A stretch of 64,000 nucleotides of DNA, taken from assembly GCA_903870685.1 (NCBI GenBank), contig CAIQDX010000013.1:1350-65349 (forward strand), written 5' to 3'. Both the position numbers and the translations under genes were made by a program. A model generated the notes under the pieces. The model was not told the DNA's origin and searched no databases. It saw only the letters and a program-made list of their open reading frames with translations. The DNA comes from an uncultured Chitinophagaceae bacterium (GTDB lineage: Bacteria > Bacteroidota > Bacteroidia > Chitinophagales > Chitinophagaceae). Shown here one piece after another: positions 55,109-64,000 of the stretch (position 1 is its first letter; the number at the start of each line of letters is the position of its first letter).

Positions 55109-57196
55109 ATGAACAGATTCAACAAACCTATTTGGAAAACTGTTCCGATGTTGCGTTTCTTGTTGCCATTAATTGCCGGAATTTTATTGCAATTCTATTT
55201 TAATATTGAAATGAAAATGTTTCTTTTTGTTTTTATTATTTCAATAACTATTTTTTTTGCTATTAATTTATTAAACGCTTCAGTAAAATTTAAACTTATT
55301 TGGCTAACTGGTATTTGCATTAGTTTAATTTTTATATCTCTGGGCAATGGAATAACTTATTTAAAAAATGCCGAACACAATGATAACAGCTTTCTAAAAA
55401 ATTATACAAACAATGCAGCCATAATTGTAACTATTCAAGAATCCTTAGTTGAAAAAGCAAAATCGTTTAAGGCTTTAGCAAAGATTGAAACTGTTATAAA
55501 CAATCAAATCAAAACAGTTAATGGAAATATTTTGTTGTACTTCAAAAAAAATGATTCAAAACCATTGCTTCATTATGGATCAAGAATTCTCATTCGTAAA
55601 TCTTTGCAACCGATTACTAATTCGGGCAATCCGGGTTCATTTAATTACAAACAATTTTGTGCTTTTCAAGAAATTTATTATCAGGTATTTTTGAATGATG
55701 GTGATTATAAAATACTTTCATCCGAGAATAAATTTTTCTTCGACGACTGGTTGCAAAAAACCCGAACAAGTGTGCTCGCAGTGTTGCGGCAGAACATTTC
55801 AAACCCCGATGCAGCAAGCATTGCAGAAGCTTTATTAATTGGTTATCGCGATGATTTAGATAAAGATCTGGTACAAGCTTACAGCAATACCGGCGTAGTT
55901 CACATCATTGCGATAAGCGGTTTGCATATTGCCATGATTTATGGATTGCTTATTTTTTTATTCAGACCATTTAATCGATTCAAATTTATAAAATGGATTA
56001 AACCTTTTGTTGTTTTAATTATTATTTGGGGGTTTACTTTTGTAGCTGGCGCAGTTCCTTCTATTTTGCGAAGTGCAGTAATGTTTTCATTTATCGTTAT
56101 TGGCGAAAGCTTCAGTAAGAAAATTAATATCTATAATAATCTTGCGGCATCGGCATTTACAATTTTATTATTTAATCCGTTTAGTTTGTGGGATGTTGGA
56201 TTTCAACTCAGTTATGCTGCAGTGTTGAGCATTGTCATTTTTTCAAAACACATCAACAACTGGATCTATTTTAAAAATAAAATCCTGAAATATATTTGGG
56301 AGCTGAGTTCTGTAACTTTATCGGCACAAATTCTTACGCTTCCATTAATTCTATTTTATTTTCACCAATTTCCTGGATTATTTTTATTTACTAATCTGAT
56401 TGCAGTTCCTTTATCGGGATTGATTTTGTTCATCGAACTTTTATTATTAATTGTTTCGCCATTTACAATCGTTGCAAATTTTGTTGGCTCTGCAACAGGC
56501 ATAACAATTAATTGGATGAATGATTTTATACTGCGCATCAACAGCATTCCATTTTCAACATGGCAATCACTTCAAATAAATATTGTGCAAACAATTTTTT
56601 TATACTTTATGATTATTGCTTTGGCGATTTGGTTATTACGAAAACAAACAACTTCTTTGATAGTTGCACTTTATTGTTCGCTGATATTTTTTGCGATTAG
56701 AAGTTTTGATTTTCTCAAACGAGATCAACAACAAAAATTAATTGTATACAATGTACCGCAACATAAGGCCATGGACTTAATTGATGGAAGAAATTACCAA
56801 TTTATTGGCGACAGCATTTTATTGCAGAATGGATTTCTGCAAAACTTTCATTTAAACCCTTCGCGAATTTTACATCGCACTACTGCAGCAAATCAACTTC
56901 TAACAATTAATTATTCCTCGCATTTAATTGCTTCATCAAACAAGAAAATTGTTTTGATTGATGAGCCGATTAATAATTTGTTTGTTGATAAAAAACTAAA
57001 AGTGGATGTTATTATCATTTCTCAAAACCCCAAACTTAATATCAGCCAATTGATACAGGCATTTGATTGTAACGAATTTATTTTTGATGCAAGCAATCCG
57101 TTGTGGAAAATCAACCAATGGAAAAAAGATTGCGAAAACTTACATTTGCGGCATCTTTCCATACCAGAGCAAGGTGCTTTTGTAATGGAGCTTTAA
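55109..57196 (+). CDS. comEC: ComEC/Rec2 family competence membrane protein
   Basis: Multi-TM protein with the competence-domain motif GVVHIIAISGLHI; 695 aa. Confidence 0.85.
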   Translation: MNRFNKPIWKTVPMLRFLLPLIAGILLQFYFNIEMKMFLFVFIISITIFFAINLLNASVKFKLIWLTGICISLIFISLGNGITYLKNAEHNDNSFLKNYTNNAAIIVTIQESLVEKAKSFKALAKIETVINNQIKTVNGNILLYFKKNDSKPLLHYGSRILIRKSLQPITNSGNPGSFNYKQFCAFQEIYYQVFLNDGDYKILSSENKFFFDDWLQKTRTSVLAVLRQNISNPDAASIAEALLIGYRDDLDKDLVQAYSNTGVVHIIAISGLHIAMIYGLLIFLFRPFNRFKFIKWIKPFVVLIIIWGFTFVAGAVPSILRSAVMFSFIVIGESFSKKINIYNNLAASAFTILLFNPFSLWDVGFQLSYAAVLSIVIFSKHINNWIYFKNKILKYIWELSSVTLSAQILTLPLILFYFHQFPGLFLFTNLIAVPLSGLILFIELLLLIVSPFTIVANFVGSATGITINWMNDFILRINSIPFSTWQSLQINIVQTIFLYFMIIALAIWLLRKQTTSLIVALYCSLIFFAIRSFDFLKRDQQQKLIVYNVPQHKAMDLIDGRNYQFIGDSILLQNGFLQNFHLNPSRILHRTTAANQLLTINYSSHLIASSNKKIVLIDEPINNLFVDKKLKVDVIIISQNPKLNISQLIQAFDCNEFIFDASNPLWKINQWKKDCENLHLRHLSIPEQGAFVMEL

Positions 57197-57228
57197 TTCA
57201 GTTCGTCGAGATTCGTCAATCAATTATC

Positions 57229-58746
57229 ATGTCAAAAAAAATTCAGTCAGCACTTATTTCCGTTTTTTATAAAGACGGTTTAGAACCTATTGCAAAAAAA
57301 TTACACGAGTTAGGAATAATAATATATTCAACTGGCGGCACACAAAAGTTTTTAGAAGAAGCAGGCATTCCTTGTATTGCTGTTGAAAGTTTAACAACAT
57401 ATCCTTCTATTTTGGGAGGACGAGTAAAAACATTACATCCGGTTTTATTTGGCGGAATTTTAGGTAGACGATATGAACCACAGGATTTAATTGAAATGAA
57501 ACAATATTCAATTCCCGAAATTGATTTGGTAATTGTTGATCTCTATCCGTTTGAAGAAACCTTAAAAACTACTTCGGAAGAAAAATTAATTATTGATAAG
57601 ATTGATATTGGTGGACCGTCCATGATTCGTGCTGCTGCTAAAAACTTTAAAGATGTTGTGGTGATCGCTGCAAAAGATGATTATACTTCTTTAGAAAATT
57701 TATTGAACGAACAACATGGCGAAACTAATTTAGAACAACGCAAAGCTTATGCTGCAAAAGCTTTTCAGGTAGTGATGAATTATGATATTGCCATCAACAA
57801 TTATTTTAATCCTGATAATACAACAACGCAAACATCATCAATAAAACAAGTCTTGCGTTATGGAGAAAATCCACATCAGTCAGCAATATTTTATGGTGAC
57901 CTGAAAGAACTATTTAATCAATTAAATGGCAAAGAATTATCGTATAATAACCTTGTTGATGTTGATGCAGCTGTTCAATTAATTACTGAGTTTAATGATT
58001 CGCAGGAAAAAATATTTGCTATCATTAAACATACCAATGTTTGCGGTGTTGCTGCAAGAGAAACTGTAAAAGACAGTTGGGATGCGGCTTTAGCCGGAGA
58101 TCCAGAAAGTGCATTTGGCGGTGTTTTAGTTTGCAATGGAACAATTGATTTGTCAACAGCAAACGCGATAAACGAAATCTTCTTCGAAGTTTTAATTGCG
58201 CCAAGCTTTGATGAAGATGCATTGCAAATTTTAAAATCAAAAAAGAATCGTATCCTTCTTCAACTTGCGACTAACGATTTACGATTCACATCGCAAAGAA
58301 AATCTTTACTAAACGGAACATTAATTCAAGAAACAGATAAAGGAAATTATACCGATTGGAAAGAAGTTGGTGGTAGAGAAGCTTCATCATCCGAAAAAGA
58401 AAATTTAATTTTTGCCAACATTATTTGTAAGCATTTAAAAAGTAATGCCATTGCTTTAATTAAAAATAAACAATTGGTTGGAAAAGGTTGCGGACAAACT
58501 TCGCGTATTGATTCATTGCGTCAGGCAATTGATAAATCCAAACAATTTAATTTTGATTTGCATGAAGCTGTTTTAGCAAGCGATGCATTTTTCCCGTTTA
58601 ATGATTGTGTGCAGATTGCACATGAAGCCGGAATCGAAGCATTCATTCAGCCCGGTGGTTCTATCAGAGATAAAGACAGTATTCAATATGCAGTTGAAAA
58701 TAAATTGGCAATGGTGATAACTGGATTAAGGCATTTTAAACATTAA
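57229..58746 (+). CDS. purH: Bifunctional AICAR transformylase / IMP cyclohydrolase
   Basis: ALISVFYKDGL, GRVKTLHP, and C-terminal GLRHFKH. Start set to ATG 57229. Confidence 0.95.
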   Translation: MSKKIQSALISVFYKDGLEPIAKKLHELGIIIYSTGGTQKFLEEAGIPCIAVESLTTYPSILGGRVKTLHPVLFGGILGRRYEPQDLIEMKQYSIPEIDLVIVDLYPFEETLKTTSEEKLIIDKIDIGGPSMIRAAAKNFKDVVVIAAKDDYTSLENLLNEQHGETNLEQRKAYAAKAFQVVMNYDIAINNYFNPDNTTTQTSSIKQVLRYGENPHQSAIFYGDLKELFNQLNGKELSYNNLVDVDAAVQLITEFNDSQEKIFAIIKHTNVCGVAARETVKDSWDAALAGDPESAFGGVLVCNGTIDLSTANAINEIFFEVLIAPSFDEDALQILKSKKNRILLQLATNDLRFTSQRKSLLNGTLIQETDKGNYTDWKEVGGREASSSEKENLIFANIICKHLKSNAIALIKNKQLVGKGCGQTSRIDSLRQAIDKSKQFNFDLHEAVLASDAFFPFNDCVQIAHEAGIEAFIQPGGSIRDKDSIQYAVENKLAMVITGLRHFKH

Positions 58747-58772
58747 TTATTTTGCTCAATTTAATCTCAACA

Positions 58773-58831
58773 GTACAAGAGTGCGACGCAACGGAAGCTA
58801 AATTAATATTCAAAGGATAAAAACAAAAAAA
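58773..58831 (+). repeat. Intergenic repeat copy 9 (degenerate 3' box)
   Basis: GTACAAGAGTGCGACGCAACGGAAGCTAAATTAATATTCAAAGGATAAAAACAAAAAAA; lies after the purH stop. Confidence 0.85.
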
Positions 58832-58869
58832 TAGAAATCAGTTCGATTGATAAAAAATTAAACAACTAA

Positions 58870-58892
58870 AGCCCCTCTTTCGGAGGGGTTTG
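58870..58892 (+). other. GC-rich hairpin between purH and the EamA gene
   Basis: CCCCTC-TTTCG-GAGGGG followed only by TTT; a possible weak terminator or leader structure. Confidence 0.4.
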
Positions 58893-58908
58893 GGGAGGCT
58901 GAAAATAA

Positions 58909-59829
58909 ATGGCACTTACAACAAATCAAAAAGCTTACATCGCATTAACTGCAACCAGTATTATCTGGGGCACAACATGGGTTGCAAGTAAAGTTGCCGT
59001 TACAAATGCGCCGCCACTGGAGGTTTCAGCGATTCGTCAATTTATTGCAGGATTTATTTATATTGTTTTTTTTAAGTTGAAAGGCGAACCATGGCCTTCG
59101 TTAAAACAATTGAAACCATTATTAATCATGAGTTTTTTTCTGCTCATCATTGCCAATGGTTTTGCAACATGGAGCATTAAATTTATTTCGAGCGGACTGG
59201 CAGCATTGATCGCTGCTTTATATCCTTTGTGTGTTGTTATTATTGAAATGATTTTTTATAAAACAAAAAATACCATTGCAACTTTTATTGGATTAACATT
59301 AGGTCTCGCCGGAATTTGTGTTGTGTTTTACGACAATGCATTTCATCATAATTCTGCAAATTATTTATTTGGTGTTGTGCTGTCGTTAATTGCAATGTTA
59401 TCATGGGGTATTGGTACGATTTTCGTTGCAAGAAAGAAATTAAATATCAATCCTTATTACGGAATGGGTTGGCAAATGATGCTGGCATCACCATTTATTT
59501 TTATCATGTCACTTGGCGCCGGAAATAATATTTCGCTTGCACAAATTCCAACACAAACATGGTTGGCATTAGGTTATTTGGTACTCATCGGTTCGTGCAT
59601 TGCATTTGTTTGTTTTATTTATACTATGAAACATTTACCAGCAGCCATCGCATCGTTGTATGCCTACATAAACCCAATAGTAGCAATGATTACGGGCTAT
59701 TTATTATTAAGCGAAAAATTAACCATCAATATTTTAATTGGAACTGCCATCACCATTTTTGGTGTATATCTCGTTAACCACAGCTTGAAAGAAAAACCAA
59801 CAAGCGAGTTAATTGAAAATGAGATTTAA
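58909..59829 (+). CDS. EamA/DMT family transporter
   Basis: Ten TM segments in two EamA repeats. Confidence 0.85.
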   Translation: MALTTNQKAYIALTATSIIWGTTWVASKVAVTNAPPLEVSAIRQFIAGFIYIVFFKLKGEPWPSLKQLKPLLIMSFFLLIIANGFATWSIKFISSGLAALIAALYPLCVVIIEMIFYKTKNTIATFIGLTLGLAGICVVFYDNAFHHNSANYLFGVVLSLIAMLSWGIGTIFVARKKLNINPYYGMGWQMMLASPFIFIMSLGAGNNISLAQIPTQTWLALGYLVLIGSCIAFVCFIYTMKHLPAAIASLYAYINPIVAMITGYLLLSEKLTINILIGTAITIFGVYLVNHSLKEKPTSELIENEI

Positions 59830-59889
59830 TTTATGTTACCGGCTGATGTACTAATGGCATCGTCTGTTGCGTCGCACTCTTCAACGTTC
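59830..59889 (-). repeat. Intergenic repeat copy 10
   Basis: TTTATGTTACCGGCTGATG...GGCATCGTCTGTTGCGTCGCACTCTTCAACGTTC, starting directly after the EamA stop codon. Confidence 0.9.
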
Positions 59890-59934
59890 AAAACTTTATT
59901 CAAATTTATTTATTGAATAAAAAGGTTATGACAT

Positions 59935-60369
59935 TTAATTTATTGCCTCTTTAATTTGATTAAATGAAATATTATAAAAACGGCTTCGATTTTTCTTAAG
60001 CACTCTATCGTAATAATCAATTTTTAAATTTACAGTTCCATCTTTATTTTCTTTAAAAGAAATATTATCTCTGGCTGCATAAATATCTTTCAAGACAAAA
60101 AGATGATGCTCAGGATATTCATCAAACTCAGAAGTGGTGATATAAATATTATCAGATACCTCACAATCAGGCATTCTAGCACTTCCACTAAGGTTAGATA
60201 CAATAAACAACTGAATTAAAAAAGTATGCGTTTCAAATTTTTTGGTTTCAACAATATTATTCAATACATAACTCAGTGTAGAATCTTTGCTGATCTTAAA
60301 ACTAAATTTTTCTTGCGCATGGATATTTGTGACGAAGAGTAAGAATAAAATTAATTGAGCTTTCCGCAT
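59935..60369 (-). CDS. Secreted hypothetical protein
   Basis: Signal peptide ...NIHAQ; 144 aa. Confidence 0.5.
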   Translation of the reverse strand: MRKAQLILFLLFVTNIHAQEKFSFKISKDSTLSYVLNNIVETKKFETHTFLIQLFIVSNLSGSARMPDCEVSDNIYITTSEFDEYPEHHLFVLKDIYAARDNISFKENKDGTVNLKIDYYDRVLKKNRSRFYNISFNQIKEAIN

Positions 60370-60376
60370 AAATAAT

Positions 60377-61684
60377 TTATTGCTTGAAATTACTAAAATT
60401 CTTTTCTAAGAATTCTTCATACATTTTTCTCCATACGATCCATTCAGTTTGCTCTGTTAAAAAATGGTTATGAAACAGAGTGATCAATTCTCCATTTACA
60501 CTTTTTACAACATCAAAATAGTGTTGCAATTCTTCAGCAGTTTGTTCGGCAGAATATTTTTGTTCGAAGATGGAATTAGCATCCATAAAACAAAACGGAT
60601 GCAATAATAAATTGGCTGTTTCATTTTTCTCCAGATCAAACCAATAAAACGGCAAAGTATAAGAAGCTCTGAAACCGTTGATGCCACCATATCCCATCGA
60701 ATACTCATCAGTAATTCCTGCTTCAATTAATTTTCGAAATGTTTGCGGAATAGTAAATCGTAAATAATGTTGCCGACTTTTTGTTATTGAATGTTGTGCG
60801 ATGTTTTGCAAAACCGAAATCTCTTTCTTCAACTCCGGACTCTCGACTCCCGACCACCGACTTTCTTCTCCGCTCTGCCAGCTTGGATGAATTCCAATTT
60901 CATTTTTTGCAGCAGTTTGTTTAATTAAATCCTGCATTGCTTTCTTGCGTGGCGAAATATTTTTGTCAACGCCTTTTCTTTTTTCGGCCAATAAAAAAAA
61001 GTACGACAGATTTAATTTATGTTCTTTATGCAAATCATTTAACCAATCATAAATATCAAACGGATCTTTTTTCCAGCCGCTGTAAACATTGCCGCGTTCA
61101 ACAAATTTTTCAAAATTGCCTACAAACAAATCACGATAAAAACCATACAGATTTAACAACAAAGGTTGATGTAGGTAAGCAAATGCAATATCAATATCGT
61201 ACGATGGAATGTATTTGAAACTTGTAACCTGAAATTTGTAACCTGATACTTTCTCCAATTCTTTCAACCACAAGTTGACCAATGGTTGTTGTAAAAAATT
61301 TTCTTTGTACGCCAAACTGTTGCTGTGCGAATATCTTCCGTACTCATCTTTTTCATGCGGTAAATATTCTTCGTAGCGGGTTAATAAATAAAATGCCGCC
61401 GAAAAAATATCAAACGGAATATCACCATTGGTTTTAAAAAATACTTTTAATCCGTTCCAGTTAAAACAATTTATTTGCTGTTGTTTTATTTCTGTTTCAA
61501 ATAATAGGCCATGAGGTTTTATCTGAAATTCTTCATGGTCAATGTGATTATATGAGTAATTAATTTTTGCTCCATTGTGATCTAAAAAATTTTCTTTCGA
61601 ATCGGTTAGAACAACTTTTTCACCCAATAATGTTTTGGAGATGTATTCAAGTCGAGATGTGATATGTTCTGAATAAATAATCAA
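60377..61684 (-). CDS. Polysaccharide deacetylase-family-like protein
   Basis: The N-terminus (M)IIYSEHITSRLEYI and the FDIFSAAFYLLTRYEEYLPHEKDEYGRY pattern resemble, from memory, a Bacteroidota family annotated this way. Start moved to TTG 61684 because the ORF-track N-terminus (61685..61732) is read through a repeat copy. Confidence 0.55.
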   Translation of the reverse strand: MIIYSEHITSRLEYISKTLLGEKVVLTDSKENFLDHNGAKINYSYNHIDHEEFQIKPHGLLFETEIKQQQINCFNWNGLKVFFKTNGDIPFDIFSAAFYLLTRYEEYLPHEKDEYGRYSHSNSLAYKENFLQQPLVNLWLKELEKVSGYKFQVTSFKYIPSYDIDIAFAYLHQPLLLNLYGFYRDLFVGNFEKFVERGNVYSGWKKDPFDIYDWLNDLHKEHKLNLSYFFLLAEKRKGVDKNISPRKKAMQDLIKQTAAKNEIGIHPSWQSGEESRWSGVESPELKKEISVLQNIAQHSITKSRQHYLRFTIPQTFRKLIEAGITDEYSMGYGGINGFRASYTLPFYWFDLEKNETANLLLHPFCFMDANSIFEQKYSAEQTAEELQHYFDVVKSVNGELITLFHNHFLTEQTEWIVWRKMYEEFLEKNFSNFKQ

Positions 61685-61713
61685 ATTTAGAAAAGTTGAA
61701 GAATGAACAAAAA

Positions 61714-61771
61714 GTACAAGAGTGCGACGCAACCACTGCCCAATTTTTATTCAACAGCTTGTAACAAAAAA
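61714..61771 (+). repeat. Intergenic repeat copy 11
   Basis: GTACAAGAGTGCGACGCAACCACTGCCCAATTTTTATTCAACAGCTTGTAACAAAAAA; abuts the lutB-like stop at 61772-61774. Confidence 0.9.
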
Positions 61772-63151
61772 TTAATTGAGCTTATTTTTTTCGATCCACA
61801 TTTCATTAAATGTTTTATTGCTGAAATCAAGATCACTTCTGTGTGTTGTCCATGCGCCGGCCACTTTATTAACCACCCAATTTTTTAATTTGCCATTACT
61901 CATGTTGTACATCTTTCTGTTAAGACTTGCTGTCTTCCAAATTTTCCACGCGATCCTTTCGCCTAAAGCGCTATCGCCTTCAACAACAGATTCGTGGCGA
62001 TTCTCTAATAATAATTCGTGCAGATTAATTCTAACAGGACAAACCTGCGTGCAATTGCCGCAAAGCGACGATGCAAAACTTAAATGTTTATATTCTTTCA
62101 TACCACTTAAATGCGGTGTGATAACGCTTCCTATTGGTCCGCTATAAGTTGTATCGTAAGCATGTCCGCCAATATTTTTATACACCGGACAAGCATTTAA
62201 ACATGCTCCGCAACGGATGCAATACAATGCTTCGCGTGTGAGTGGATTCTTTAATAAATTGGTGCGGCCATTGTCTAAAAGAATAACATACATTTCTTCG
62301 GGGCCATCCGTTTCGTTTGCTTGTCGCGGACCGGTAACAATGGTATTATACACAGTAACTTTTTGTCCGGTACCAAATGTTGAAAGCAATGGCCAAAACA
62401 AACCAAGATCATTAATTGATGGCAGCATTTTTTCAATACCAACAATAACAATATGTGTTTTAGGAAACGCACAACTTAATCTTGCATTGCCTTCGTTTTC
62501 TGTTACGGCAATGCCGCCAATATCGGCGATAATAAAATTAGCGCCGGTAACACCCACTTCTGCTTCAACATATTTTTCGCGCAATTTTATTCTTGCAACT
62601 TGAGTTAATTCTTCTGGCGATAAACCTCCGGGCACACCTAATTTATTTGCAAAAAGTTTTGCAACATCTTCTTTGCTTTTGTGCATGGCCGGTGTAACAA
62701 TATGATAAGGTGCTTCACCATCTAACTGTTGAATATATTCTCCAAGATCTGTTTCAACACTTTCAATATTATTTTTTTCTAAGAATTTATTTAAATGAAT
62801 TTCTTCAGTAACCATGCTCTTGCTCTTCACCAATGTTTTGCAATTTTTTTCTTTGCATATTTTTCCAATTTCATCTAGAGCTTGTTGTGCATTCTCGGCC
62901 CACAATACTTTTGCGCCACGCGAAGTAATTTCTTTTTCAAAATTCTCTAAATATTGATCTAAGTGTTCAATGGCACGCCACTTGGTATCCTTGGCACGTT
63001 CACGAGCAGTAAGTACATCTGTAAATTGTTCCTTGCCTTTTGGAACAACAGCATTGTATTTACCAATATTGAAATTAATTTTCCGGCGATGATCTAAATC
63101 GGCCGCTTTAATGGTACTCTTTGCAATAAATGAAGCTGCGTTGTTACTCAT
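61772..63151 (-). CDS. lutB: LutB-like iron-sulfur protein (LUD domain plus 2x[4Fe-4S])
   Basis: CIRCGACLNACPVY and CGNCTQVCPV clusters; 459 aa. Confidence 0.8.
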   Translation of the reverse strand: MSNNAASFIAKSTIKAADLDHRRKINFNIGKYNAVVPKGKEQFTDVLTARERAKDTKWRAIEHLDQYLENFEKEITSRGAKVLWAENAQQALDEIGKICKEKNCKTLVKSKSMVTEEIHLNKFLEKNNIESVETDLGEYIQQLDGEAPYHIVTPAMHKSKEDVAKLFANKLGVPGGLSPEELTQVARIKLREKYVEAEVGVTGANFIIADIGGIAVTENEGNARLSCAFPKTHIVIVGIEKMLPSINDLGLFWPLLSTFGTGQKVTVYNTIVTGPRQANETDGPEEMYVILLDNGRTNLLKNPLTREALYCIRCGACLNACPVYKNIGGHAYDTTYSGPIGSVITPHLSGMKEYKHLSFASSLCGNCTQVCPVRINLHELLLENRHESVVEGDSALGERIAWKIWKTASLNRKMYNMSNGKLKNWVVNKVAGAWTTHRSDLDFSNKTFNEMWIEKNKLN

Positions 63152-63219
63152 AATTTTTATTTTGTTACCAGCTTTTATTTTTCAAGTCATCGGTTGTTGC
63201 GTCGCACACTTCAACGTTC
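63152..63219 (-). repeat. Intergenic repeat copy 12
   Basis: The minus strand reads GAACGTTGAAGTGTGCGACGCAACAACCGATGAC...GCTGGTAACAAAATAAAAATT, followed directly by the lutB-like ATG. Confidence 0.9.
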
Positions 63220-63232
63220 AAAACTTATCTCA

Positions 63233-63811
63233 TCATTTTTCTCTTTCTGCCGTTGCCTTTAATGTTTCATAAAATTCTTCACCATATTTTCTGATGATCG
63301 CATCTTTCAGAAATACATACACAGGAACTTTTAATTTTTTTCCCAAACTGCAAGCTGCTTTGCACAGATCTTGTCTTGGTTCGTAATTTAAATATTCCAT
63401 ATCAGGATCCATTTTACTTTTTGTAATTCTTATCGGAAATAAATGGCAACTGATTGGCTTTTTCCATGCAATCTTTTTATCAATAAACGCTTGTTCAATG
63501 CCACATAAAATTACGCCATTTGCATCTCTGAAACCATACGCACAAATGCCGCTGTTAACTGTTGGTGTTACCCAACCAAACTCACGGTCGTATTGATATT
63601 TGCCGTGTTTTTGAATAGCAGCTAAACCTTCTTCGCTTAAATAAGGTTTAATGATTTCAAAGTATTCAACCAAATGATCCAATTCTTCTTTTAATAAGGG
63701 AGCACCGGCATCGCCATCTTCGCAGCATGCACCTTTACATTTCGAAAGATCACAAACAAATTGTTCTTCAATTATATCATCACTTATTAATTTATTATCT
63801 ATCGCTATCAT
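63233..63811 (-). CDS. DUF3109-like Cys-rich protein
   Basis: CDLSKCKGACCEDGDAGAPL N-terminal cluster; 192 aa. Confidence 0.65.
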   Translation of the reverse strand: MIAIDNKLISDDIIEEQFVCDLSKCKGACCEDGDAGAPLLKEELDHLVEYFEIIKPYLSEEGLAAIQKHGKYQYDREFGWVTPTVNSGICAYGFRDANGVILCGIEQAFIDKKIAWKKPISCHLFPIRITKSKMDPDMEYLNYEPRQDLCKAACSLGKKLKVPVYVFLKDAIIRKYGEEFYETLKATAEREK

Positions 63812-63828
63812 AATCTTTCAAAAAAATT

Positions 63829-64000
63829 TATTTCCACTTAAAACTATTGATCAGATGTTTCATATCATCTAATAAAAATTTATTTACAATGGCCAACGAA
63901 TCTGCATTCGGTGCAGCATCAAAATATAATGCTCCGCGTAAAAAATGTTTGGTAGAATCTGTTAAAAAAAATTGATTAGCCGTTGCCACATCACCGCCAA
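63829..64000 (-). CDS. C-terminal fragment of an unidentified protein (gene starts beyond the right edge)
   Basis: Own translation in the frame ending TAA at 63831-63829: ...GGDVATANQFFLTDSTKHFLRGALYFDAAPNADSLAIVNKFLLDDMKHLINSFKWK. Confidence 0.35.

Noticed and set aside
61685-61732. N-terminal extension MRRTLVLFVHSSTFLN of the 60377..61732 ORF
   Set aside because: These codons are simply the reverse complement of repeat copy 11 (GTTGCGTCGCACTCTTGTAC...). A TTG at 61684 gives an (M)IIYSEHITSRLEYI N-terminus that fits the family better.
7244-63219. CRISPR array interpretation of the repeated 12-mer
   Set aside because: The copies are 1-15 kb apart with ordinary genes between them. They occur in both orientations, and there are no regular short spacers or cas genes.
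7244-63219. The repeat acting as a promoter (Bacteroidota TTG/TAnnTTTG or ECF GTAAC-N16-CGT)
   Set aside because: No copy has a properly spaced TAnnTTTG box. The GTAAC box is not followed by CGT at 16-17 nt. Most copies point into the 3' ends of genes rather than toward starts.
1-64000. Search for tRNA, rRNA, tmRNA, riboswitches, integrases, transposases, toxin-antitoxin pairs or known defence-system genes
   Set aside because: None was recognisable by eye in any intergenic region or ORF, and the window reads as core chromosome. A covariance-model scan (Infernal/Rfam, tRNAscan-SE) would be needed for a definitive negative.

Overview
AT-rich (about one-third G+C by eye) chromosomal segment that looks like Bacteroidota. 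Supporting markers are a PorP/SprF type IX secretion protein, a CarboxypepD_reg-type TonB-dependent receptor with a DUF4249 partner, a MoxR/DUF58/BatA aerotolerance-type operon, bshA, a ~290-aa primary sigma factor and A-rich leaders without Shine-Dalgarno sequences. It is mostly core housekeeping. There is a near-complete haem cluster (hemJ-hemH divergent from hemA-hemC-hemD-hemE-hemB), plus gatC, ffh, rpoD, trmD, rsgA, purH, upp, ade, a Tat-exported SOD, an LptF/G permease, an ECF sigma/anti-sigma module, a NarL-type two-component system, ComEC and a lutB-like Fe-S protein. I saw no rRNA, tRNA, CRISPR array, integrase, transposase or recognisable defence genes. Three things stand out. (1) A ~60-bp intergenic repeat family occurs 14 times, always between genes. 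It has an invariant GC-rich 12-mer (GTGCGACGCAAC) and a GTAAC-polyA box at fixed spacing, usually abuts stop codons or terminator T-tracts, and occurs twice as head-to-head pairs. (2) An actin-like (ParM/Alp-type) ATPase appears circularly permuted: the phosphate-1 hairpin IGIDLGNASTIV sits at the extreme C-terminus instead of the N-terminus. It is encoded 21 nt upstream of a bactofilin gene. (3) A 550-bp gene-free spacer holds five ACCGTT-centred direct repeats at 22-24 bp spacing, two mutually complementary 16-mers and an orphan terminator-like hairpin. Smaller oddities are a stand-alone half-size CarB, a histidine kinase possibly split from its membrane domain, a tandemly duplicated anti-sigma N-domain and a ~35-aa insertion in HemC. 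All calls rest on reading the sequence and the ORF track; no database searches were run.
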